Below, in pieces: positions 48,666 to 55,618 of a stretch of 58,167 nt of DNA. Positions within the stretch are counted from its first letter, which is position 1, and every line of letters starts with the position of its first letter. The DNA comes from Candidatus Omnitrophota bacterium (GTDB lineage: Bacteria; Omnitrophota; Gorgyraeia; Gygaellales; Profunditerraquicolaceae): assembly GCA_029561735.1 (NCBI GenBank), contig JAKQWZ010000024.1, forward strand, positions 1 to 58,167, written 5' to 3'. The notes under the pieces were generated by a model. The model worked only from the letters and a program-made list of their open reading frames with translations, was not told the DNA's origin and did not search any database. A program made the translations under genes and the position numbers.

Positions 48666-49820
48666 AGCAATATCCACCTGTTTTTTGCGGGCTTGATTAG
48701 GCACGCAATCTATATCAATCTGCGGATCAGGAGTTTCAAAATTTATTGTAGGAGGAATAATGCCTTCTTGAATAGCCATACAGCAGGCTATTGTCTCTAA
48801 TGCCGAAGCTGCGCCCATAGTATGCCCCAGCATTGACTTGATTGAACTAACGGCGATTTTCTTATAATTATCTCCGAAGATGTTTTTTATGGCCTGCCCT
48901 TCCTCCCTGTCATTTGCCGGAGTGCCTGTGCCGTGCGCATTAAAATAATCCACCTCTTGAGCAGATACTCCGCTGTGCTTAAGCGCATTGCTAATGGAGC
49001 GCGCAATGCCATCGGCCTGCGGAGCAGTCATATGGTGCGCGTCGCAACTTATTCCGTAACCAAAAAGCTCGGCATAGATATGCGCCTTTCTTTTCAATGC
49101 ATTTTCAAGGGCCTCCATAATTATTATGCCTGCGCCTTCAGCCACCATCATGCCTTTTCTGTTTTTATCAAACGGCTGGCATTTTTCAGGCGCAACTGCA
49201 AACATCCGGTTAAATCCGATAAAGGCTATCCGGGAAAAAGCATCAGATCCTCCCACCAGCATCATATCTGCTTGGCCTGAGCTTATCAGGTCGCTTGCAT
49301 AACCAGCGGCAAAATTTGCCGCTGCGCAGGCATTAGGAATAGTCAGATTAGGCCCTTTGAGGTTATATTCTATAGCTAAATTGGCGGATAAAACATTGCA
49401 CGGATAACGGCAGATAAGCAGCGGATCCACGGCATCAGCGCCTTTGCGTATCCAGGCGTCATTGAGGACTTCAAGCACCTGCGATTCTCCCATTGTCGTG
49501 CCAAGGCAAACCCCGGTTTTCTGTTCATCCAAATCAGAAAGCTTTAATCCGGCGTCAACAAGGGCTAGTTTTGCCGCACTGAGAGTAAATTGCGAAGCGC
49601 GCCCGAGCATTGCGGATTTTCTCCGGCTCATAAATCTTAAAGGGTCAAAATTCTTAATCTCCCCGCCTTTATGAGTTGGGAATGCGCTGGTATCCAAAGA
49701 TTCAATCCTGCTGATCCCGGACTTCCCCCGGATAAGCGCATTCCAGAAATCATCCTTTCCGATGCCTATAGAAGTGACTGCGCCTAAACCGGTGATAACT
49801 ATGCGTTTTTTATTTTGCAT
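48591..49820 (-). CDS. fabF: Beta-ketoacyl-ACP synthase II (active KS)
   Basis: RIVITGLG; catalytic Cys in NACAAAN; His in AHGTGT; His in KSMLGH. ATG at 49820. Confidence 0.9.
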   Translation of the reverse strand: MQNKKRIVITGLGAVTSIGIGKDDFWNALIRGKSGISRIESLDTSAFPTHKGGEIKNFDPLRFMSRRKSAMLGRASQFTLSAAKLALVDAGLKLSDLDEQKTGVCLGTTMGESQVLEVLNDAWIRKGADAVDPLLICRYPCNVLSANLAIEYNLKGPNLTIPNACAAANFAAGYASDLISSGQADMMLVGGSDAFSRIAFIGFNRMFAVAPEKCQPFDKNRKGMMVAEGAGIIIMEALENALKRKAHIYAELFGYGISCDAHHMTAPQADGIARSISNALKHSGVSAQEVDYFNAHGTGTPANDREEGQAIKNIFGDNYKKIAVSSIKSMLGHTMGAASALETIACCMAIQEGIIPPTINFETPDPQIDIDCVPNQARKKQVDIALNSASAFGGNNACLVLGRFTGKEL

Positions 49821-50250
49821 CTTCTTTGGCCACAAAGCTCAATTCGCCGGAAGCGACTTCTGTATCAGCGACAAAGGCTTGGGCTTTGACGATTGCGGCA
49901 TTAGAGAGGATCTTCAGGGGTTCAATAACCAGCTTTAGCTGGTCGCCGGGCGTGACCGGCCGGGAAAACCTCACTTTAACTGCGCCTAAATAATAAATCA
50001 TGTCCTTTTCTTTAAGAGAAACCTTGCTTTCGTAAAAAAGGATTATAGAAGCCTGGGCCATGGCTTCTATAATTAACACGCCGGGCATAACAGGCCTGCC
50101 CGGAAAATGGCCTCCGAAAAATTCCTCATTAAAACTGATATTCTTTATAGCGACTACCCTTTTCTTCGGCTCAAGCTCTAAGATGCGGTCAATCATTACA
50201 AAAGGAAAACGCTGCGGAAGTATTTTGAATATTTCCTCAATATTAAGCAT
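49810..50250 (-). CDS. fabZ: 3-hydroxyacyl-ACP dehydratase
   Basis: LPQRFPFVMIDR, GHFPGRPVMPGVLIIEAMAQ motifs. Confidence 0.9.
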   Translation of the reverse strand: MLNIEEIFKILPQRFPFVMIDRILELEPKKRVVAIKNISFNEEFFGGHFPGRPVMPGVLIIEAMAQASIILFYESKVSLKEKDMIYYLGAVKVRFSRPVTPGDQLKLVIEPLKILSNAAIVKAQAFVADTEVASGELSFVAKEDAK

Positions 50251-50497
50251 GGTTGTCCTTTTTAGCCAGATTTTCTTTTACTACGGCCAAGGTATCATTT
50301 AAAGTCTTAAATTCCGCAAGCTTCTCTTCGGGAATAGATATCTTATACTTTTTCTCTATAGCAGCCAGGATTTCCAGCGCCATCATAGAATCCATGCCTA
50401 AGTCCTCCACAAACCTGGAATCCGGCTTAATCTCATCCGGAGTTTTCTCCACTATCTGCGCTACTAAATCCCTTATTTGCGTATCAATATCCTGCAT
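50243..50497 (-). CDS. acpP: Acyl carrier protein
   Basis: DLGMDSM phosphopantetheine motif; acidic; 84 aa. Confidence 0.92.
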   Translation of the reverse strand: MQDIDTQIRDLVAQIVEKTPDEIKPDSRFVEDLGMDSMMALEILAAIEKKYKISIPEEKLAEFKTLNDTLAVVKENLAKKDNHA

Positions 50498-50524
50498 CTG
50501 TTTCCTCCTTAATTAGCGCCGCTG

Positions 50525-51274
50525 TTATATTTTTATGGATAAACCGCCGTCAACCACTATGACCTGCCCGGTTATAAAACCGGCTGAATCGCTAAGCAAG
50601 AATCTTACTGCCTGCGCCACCTCAATTGCCTTGCCAAACCTGCTTAAAGGTATATTGGCAAGCATTGCTTCTTTATATTCCGGCTTTAAAGCGCTGACCA
50701 TATCAGTATCAATAAAACCCGGGGCCACGGCATTTACCCGGATATTATAAGCAGCTGTTTCCCGGGCCAGCGAACGCGTAAAGCCGATTATCCCGGCCTT
50801 TGATGAAGCGTAATTAACCTGCCGGCTCAAGCCGGTCATGCCGCTGACTGAAGTAATATTGACTATCCGGCCGCTTTTCTGTTTTAAAAAAGTAACTATT
50901 GCCTGCCGAGAAACATTAAACGTCCCGGTCAAATTAGTGTTTATGACATCGCCCCAGTCCTCTTTAGTCATAAACATCAGGGCTTTATCACGGGTAATGC
51001 CGGCATTATTAACTAAAATGTCAAGCCTGCCAAAAGCCTCTTTAGTCTTTTCAATTAAGGCCTTGGCCTGCTCAAAATCCGATGAGTCAATCTTTAAAGC
51101 CAGGGCCTTTGCGCCTTTATTGGTTATCTGAAGGGATAATTCCCGTGCCAGGGCCTCGTTGTTTAAATAAGTAAAAACCACAGCCGCCCCTTCATCAGCC
51201 AGCATCAAAGCTATTTCTTTGCCTATGCCTCTTGAGGCGCCTGTGACTATGGCTACTTTATCTTTAAAAATCAT
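50525..51274 (-). CDS. fabG: 3-oxoacyl-ACP reductase
   Basis: TGASRGIG, NNAG and YASSK motifs. Likely ATG at 51274. Confidence 0.9.
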   Translation of the reverse strand: MIFKDKVAIVTGASRGIGKEIALMLADEGAAVVFTYLNNEALARELSLQITNKGAKALALKIDSSDFEQAKALIEKTKEAFGRLDILVNNAGITRDKALMFMTKEDWGDVINTNLTGTFNVSRQAIVTFLKQKSGRIVNITSVSGMTGLSRQVNYASSKAGIIGFTRSLARETAAYNIRVNAVAPGFIDTDMVSALKPEYKEAMLANIPLSRFGKAIEVAQAVRFLLSDSAGFITGQVIVVDGGLSIKI

Positions 51275-51278
51275 ATTT

Positions 51279-52520
51279 TCATCCTGCGAATTTTGAAATG
51301 ACCATTGCCGCATTATTGCCGTCCGGCCCAAAGGAATTTATAAGGACATTCTCCAGCTTTATTTGGCGCGGATTGCTCGGCACATAATCCAGCACGCAAT
51401 CCGGGTCTTTTTCCCGGTAGTTGATTGTTGCCGGGACCAACTGGTTCTCCAGCGCCGCTACTGCGGCTGCTGCCTGCATTGAAGCCGAAGCGCTTAGGCA
51501 TTCTCCCAGCATTGACTTAACCGCGCTAACCGGTTTTTTTTCTGCCTGCGCTGCAAAAACTTCCCGTATAGCGTCTGTTTCTATTTTGTCCGCATCAGGG
51601 CTTGAATTGGCCGAAGCCAGAATACAATCTATTTTTTCAACAGGCAGCCCAGCATTGCTTATAGCGCCGCGCATGGATTTTTTTAGCCCTTCTGCAGAGG
51701 CTTTATATTTATTTATCCTGTAAGGGGTAAAAGATACGCCTATGCCGGTAATCTCAGCTAAAATCCTTGCCTTGCGCGCCATGGCTGATTCCAGCCTCTC
51801 CAAGACCATCAGGCAGCACGCCTCTGCTAAAATAATTCCGTTTCGCCTTTTATCAAACGGACAGGAAATTTCCTCTGCCTGTGCCTTTATCCCGGCTAAA
51901 TATTTTGTCCGGTAAAGGCCCAAGAAAGTCTGCTCGGATAACTCCTCAACTCCGCCCGCCAATACAGCCCGGGCCCTGTTATTTTTCAGGTATTCGCAGG
52001 CATATGCAAATGCCTCAAGGCTGCTGGTAAATCCGGAGGAAATAGTGGCATTAAAACCTTTAATATTAAACCTGATAGAAACCTGGCTGGCCGGAGAATT
52101 AATTACTGTATTCGGAAAAAGCGCAGGATTGACATACTGCACGCCTTCTCTGATGGCTTCAGCATCAAAATCACTCATGCTCTTAATACTGCCAAGGGTT
52201 GAACCAATTGCTACCCCGATATCAACGCAATTTTCTTCAGTTATACTTAAAGCTGCGTCATCCAAAGCCATCTTTGCCGCGCAACTAGCTAATTTGGTGC
52301 TGCGGTCCATATTCCGCAGGCCTTTAGGCCCTAGAATATCCTGAGGGGAAAAACCGGATATTTCTCCTGCCAGTTTGGATTTATACCCTGAAGTATCAAA
52401 AAGAGTAATCGGCTTTATTCCGGATATTGATGCGCACATTGCCCTGCCAAAAGCATCTTTACCTGTTGCATTAGGGCAGATTACACCCATACCCGTAATA
52501 ACTATTCGCGTGTCTTTCAT
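51279..52520 (-). CDS. Catalytically inactive ketosynthase homolog (chain-length-factor-like)
   Basis: Full-length KS fold, but the triad positions read SGFTSS (Cys to Phe), ASANSS (His to Ser) and KSMLGE (His to Glu). Confidence 0.85.
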   Translation of the reverse strand: MKDTRIVITGMGVICPNATGKDAFGRAMCASISGIKPITLFDTSGYKSKLAGEISGFSPQDILGPKGLRNMDRSTKLASCAAKMALDDAALSITEENCVDIGVAIGSTLGSIKSMSDFDAEAIREGVQYVNPALFPNTVINSPASQVSIRFNIKGFNATISSGFTSSLEAFAYACEYLKNNRARAVLAGGVEELSEQTFLGLYRTKYLAGIKAQAEEISCPFDKRRNGIILAEACCLMVLERLESAMARKARILAEITGIGVSFTPYRINKYKASAEGLKKSMRGAISNAGLPVEKIDCILASANSSPDADKIETDAIREVFAAQAEKKPVSAVKSMLGECLSASASMQAAAAVAALENQLVPATINYREKDPDCVLDYVPSNPRQIKLENVLINSFGPDGNNAAMVISKFAG

Positions 52521-52559
52521 AATATTGAGTAATTATTATATTACCAATAAGGCTGCTTC

Positions 52560-53492
52560 TCAAGCAGATTCTAGGGCTTTAAGGATGGCAATATTTGTCG
52601 CCTGATTAATAGAGTTTATCTGTTGCGGCGATTTATTTTTCGCGTTATAGCCAGTTGGATGGTCAAGCCGGGATATAAGCGATTTAAAAATACTGCTGAA
52701 ACCCGGTTGCGAATATTCTCCTGTTATATCCAAGCCTACTATATCCAAATGGCCCCTGATTTGGCCCAACAATAACAATAACATGCTTAAGGGCATACGC
52801 CCTTCTTCCCAATTCGTGCAAGCCGCATCAGCGCTTAAACAGTCCTTATCTATGCTCACATAAGTTTTTCTGGCCTCAAGCCGCGGCAACAATTGAGGAA
52901 TAAGATTATCCGGGTTAATATTTTTCAGCTGATTCCAGTTTATAACGGTTGAAAATAATTTTTTTGTTAACCTGACTGACACATTGGGGGCAAGCCTGCG
53001 CAAAAAAACACGGGTCGGCTCATGTTCATAAGGATAAATTTCAATCCTGTTATCTTTAAGCCCGGATAAATTTGCGCTTTTGATAGCCGGCCAGGAAATA
53101 TCCTGTGAAGAAATACCCAATAATATTATTTTTTTAATATTCGGCTGTTCCAGCGCCCGGCTGACCCATGAACCACAGCCGAATTTCGGAGGCAGGATAT
53201 CCCAATCCGGATGGTGGTCAAATACGATCAGATTTAACGGTTCCTTAAATTGCTCCAAAAGCAGGCTGGTAACATTATGGTAATCTCCGGAACCAAGAAA
53301 TGTAACGGCATTTTTCAACTCCGGGCCTAATGCAGAGCTTATTGCTTGGCACGTTTTTCTATTCATCCACATCCGTGCATCTGAAGAAAACCGGGTCAGA
53401 TCAACTATGTGCGCAGAGTAACCGGATACAAGCTGTTCTTGCAGCAATAGGCTGTTATCAAAATTAAGTATCCGGGGGGTTTTTGAAAGCAT
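52560..53492 (-). CDS. Arginase/ureohydrolase-fold metalloenzyme
   Basis: GSGDYH, FDHHPD (DxHxD) and SIDKD (DxD) metal ligands. Confidence 0.8.
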   Translation of the reverse strand: MLSKTPRILNFDNSLLLQEQLVSGYSAHIVDLTRFSSDARMWMNRKTCQAISSALGPELKNAVTFLGSGDYHNVTSLLLEQFKEPLNLIVFDHHPDWDILPPKFGCGSWVSRALEQPNIKKIILLGISSQDISWPAIKSANLSGLKDNRIEIYPYEHEPTRVFLRRLAPNVSVRLTKKLFSTVINWNQLKNINPDNLIPQLLPRLEARKTYVSIDKDCLSADAACTNWEEGRMPLSMLLLLLGQIRGHLDIVGLDITGEYSQPGFSSIFKSLISRLDHPTGYNAKNKSPQQINSINQATNIAILKALESA

Positions 53493-53553
53493 TAAGGCGA
53501 GTTTTAATCCGTTTATGCTTACTGCTTAAATTAACCGGCTTTTGCCTGTGTTC

Positions 53554-54228
53554 TTACGCCAGCTTCCTCAAATAGCCCAACACATCGGCAAATCCGTTAA
53601 AAGCAATACAAAATCTTTTCTTTCTTTTAAGGAATTTCAGCAGGTATCCTTTTGCGAAAACTATACCGGCTTCCTGCGCCGGGCATACATCCGAGTGGCC
53701 GTCGCCGACATACATTAAGATTTTATCGCGGAACTCCTGTTTTTTCAATTGATTCTTCTTGCAGTGGCCGCATTTACCGCATTTATTATTGGAATACGGG
53801 AAAGACGGTATCACCTTAGAGCCGCTGAATTTAAGGGTATTGGCAAAGATCCTGACTCCCTTGATCCCGTTAGATTTTAATATGCGCCTGATGATAAATG
53901 AAAAACTATCACTTAAAATAACCGGGGTTATGCCTTTTTGTTTTAGAAATAAGACCAATTTATCAAAATCAGGCAAGAGCCTCACTGTGGATAGATACTC
54001 ATCCAGCTGCTGGGTAGAAATCCTGACTTTAGACAACTGCCTTTTCAGGCATTCTTTAGAGCCTATTTTTCCGGATTTCCAAAGCCTCTCGGTTTTCTCC
54101 CAATCCCTGCTAATTGAAAATCTTCTGATCAACCCGTCAAGGACATCAAACGTAGTGATAGTATTATCAAAATCAAAAAATATGCGGCTATCTGAAATCT
54201 TATGCAATCTTAAGGGCGGCTGCTTCAT
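53554..54228 (-). CDS. MtnX-like HAD-IB phosphatase
   Basis: FDFDNTIT motif I, SD motif II, CxxCGxCK cap and GDGHSD motif IV. Confidence 0.85.
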   Translation of the reverse strand: MKQPPLRLHKISDSRIFFDFDNTITTFDVLDGLIRRFSISRDWEKTERLWKSGKIGSKECLKRQLSKVRISTQQLDEYLSTVRLLPDFDKLVLFLKQKGITPVILSDSFSFIIRRILKSNGIKGVRIFANTLKFSGSKVIPSFPYSNNKCGKCGHCKKNQLKKQEFRDKILMYVGDGHSDVCPAQEAGIVFAKGYLLKFLKRKKRFCIAFNGFADVLGYLRKLA

Positions 54229-54267
54229 AATTGGAGTAATTATATATCAGGCAGGGCCTGTCCGCAA

Positions 54268-54301
54268 TAAAAAAAGCGCCTCCTGCCAAGGCAGGAAGCG
54301 C
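54268..54301 (-). terminator. Intrinsic terminator after the 54331-54825 gene
   Basis: Minus strand GCGCTTCCTGCC-TT-GGCAGGAGGCGC, then a T tract. Confidence 0.8.
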
Positions 54302-54330
54302 CTAAAACCTCCAGGGAGTTTATCAGCCAG

Positions 54331-54825
54331 CTACCATCTTAACAATGCGACCTTATACCCATCCTGCTGCGGTTTGTCTACCTTATATTCCGGCTTAACA
54401 GACGGCTCATCATAAGGAGATACCGGAAAAGTTGCCACATCAACTACTCCGGCTACACCCCGGGTGAAGCCTGAAGCTATTCCCTGGCCAAGGCCATACG
54501 TAATACCCCAAAACACGTTGTCCTGCTCAGAGACATCGGCTACATCCCGCGGTATATCGGTCCATGAAGTTACCGTATTAAGCACCCCGTCGCCTAATTT
54601 TTCTGCAGGGGTATTTGCCATAGAATCTTCTTTCACAGGATTTCCATTGATCGCCTTCAGGAAATCCGAATTGCCAAGGGCTTTATCCTGCTGTTTCCAT
54701 CCCGGCATATAATAGGTATTAAAGCCTGCCGCTGCCATTGCCTCAGGTTGCGCCCAGGCGCTAATATCTTTTAAGAACAAAACCGTTGCTGCCGCTATAC
54801 ACAAAATCAATAATGCCTTCTTCAT
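54331..54825 (-). CDS. Secreted/membrane protein with a TIGR04073 (exosortase-associated)-like domain
   Basis: Signal peptide; KLGDGVLN..TSW.DIP...G..YG.GQG...G..RG.AG..DVATFP glycine-zipper pattern; AGGGGG SD. Confidence 0.65.
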   Translation of the reverse strand: MKKALLILCIAAATVLFLKDISAWAQPEAMAAAGFNTYYMPGWKQQDKALGNSDFLKAINGNPVKEDSMANTPAEKLGDGVLNTVTSWTDIPRDVADVSEQDNVFWGITYGLGQGIASGFTRGVAGVVDVATFPVSPYDEPSVKPEYKVDKPQQDGYKVALLRW

Positions 54826-54848
54826 CTTACACCCCCTATTTTGCGATA

Positions 54849-54926
54849 ACCATTCGACTCTAAAACCCGGGCTATTAAGCCCGGGGCACCAGCTTGGGGT
54901 TATGCCAAGCGGCGGAGTCGAACCAT
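54849..54926 (-). other. Three-way-junction RNA structure in the 5' leader
   Basis: Outer stem TTCGACTC/GAGTCGAA (54853-54860/54915-54922) encloses hairpins CCCGGGCT/AGCCCGGG (54866-54885) and GCTTGG/CCAAGC (54892-54910). Confidence 0.55.
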
Positions 54927-54971
54927 AAAAAAGGCCCTAATTGTTGCCTGCCTGCGGCAAACCCTTAGGGC
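54927..54971 (-). terminator. Second leader terminator-like hairpin
   Basis: GCCCTAA/TTAGGGC outer stem with inner TTGCC/GGCAA stem, then CTTTTTT on the minus strand. Confidence 0.6.
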
Positions 54972-54986
54972 GCTTTTTGTACTTAC

Positions 54987-55017
54987 AAAAAATAAACCTT
55001 GAGGGACGCTCAAGGTT
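54987..55017 (-). terminator. Riboswitch expression-platform terminator
   Basis: AACCTTGAG-CGTCC-CTCAAGGTT (9-bp stem), then TATTTTTT. Confidence 0.85.
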
Positions 55018-55021
55018 ATCT

Positions 55022-55100
55022 CTTTTGGCAGCCAGGCTGCCCTTTACAGGGCCCTTGGCTTTGCGTCCCAAGATTGCTCTTGGTTTGCCGTTTCAACAGT
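55022..55100 (-). ncRNA. Cyclic di-GMP-I (GEMM-I) riboswitch aptamer
   Basis: Minus strand GGCAAAC-CAAGA-GCAA-TCTTG-GGACGCAAAG-CCA-AGG-GCCCT-GTAA-AGGGC-AGCC-TGGCTGCC. It has the GGCAAAC and GACGCAAAG consensus blocks, a GNRA-capped P2 and a paired P3. Confidence 0.88.
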
Positions 55101-55133
55101 ACTCCAAATTGTCTTTTCTTCTATTCCATTAAG

Positions 55134-55162
55134 ACTATAACATATATCCGGACAATTGTCAA
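55134..55162 (-). promoter_or_regulatory. Sigma70 promoter TTGACA-N17-TATAGT (TG extension) driving the riboswitch leader
   Basis: Minus strand TTGACA attgtccggatatatgt TATAGT, about 35 nt upstream of the aptamer. Confidence 0.8.
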
Positions 55163-55175
55163 GTTCAGGCAGGCA

Positions 55176-55538
55176 TTATCTTATATTATCCAGATAATCC
55201 CATCCCCAACCGACTAGTTTTCCTTTTTCAAGAACAATCGGGATAAGCTCATTTTCATCAATAATACCGTCATCGGTAACAACTTTAACAACATAATAAA
55301 AAACCTCATACATGCTGTCGGAACTGCGCAGCATAGACACGCGAAACGGATTGGCAATCGTCATATTGTTCCAGATAAACGGCTCAGTCCCCATTGTTTC
55401 CAAAACCTGCTCTTTAGTCATTCCGATTGATAATTTTTGCAGGTTTTCGCGGTTGGGTTTAAGCGTCCTATAAAGCGAAATAGTAGTGCACCCGGATATA
55501 AGCAATACTGCCATCAATAAACATATTTTTTTCTTCAT
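55176..55538 (-). CDS. Lipoprotein, DUF3192/BamE-like
   Basis: Lipobox LISGC; NRENLQKLSIGMTKEQVLETMG motif. Confidence 0.72.
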   Translation of the reverse strand: MKKKICLLMAVLLISGCTTISLYRTLKPNRENLQKLSIGMTKEQVLETMGTEPFIWNNMTIANPFRVSMLRSSDSMYEVFYYVVKVVTDDGIIDENELIPIVLEKGKLVGWGWDYLDNIR

Positions 55539-55618
55539 CTTTTGCCTCCGATAATGTTTAAGCCTTATTTATATTCCGGTATTATTATAACTCAATAATA
55601 AAGAAAACAACAAATATT

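Noticed and set aside
45036-52520. Calling the FAS block a ladderane or carotenoid cluster
   Set aside because: No radical-SAM or methyltransferase genes (ladderane) and no CrtB/CrtE (carotenoid) in the window; only the resemblance is reported.
54903-54924. tRNA-like 3' end GGTTCGACTCCGCCGCTTGGCA on the minus strand (possible tRNA or att site)
   Set aside because: The T-stem 5' strand does not pair, there is no D or anticodon arm, and no integrase is present. The bases are better explained by the local stems of the leader structure.
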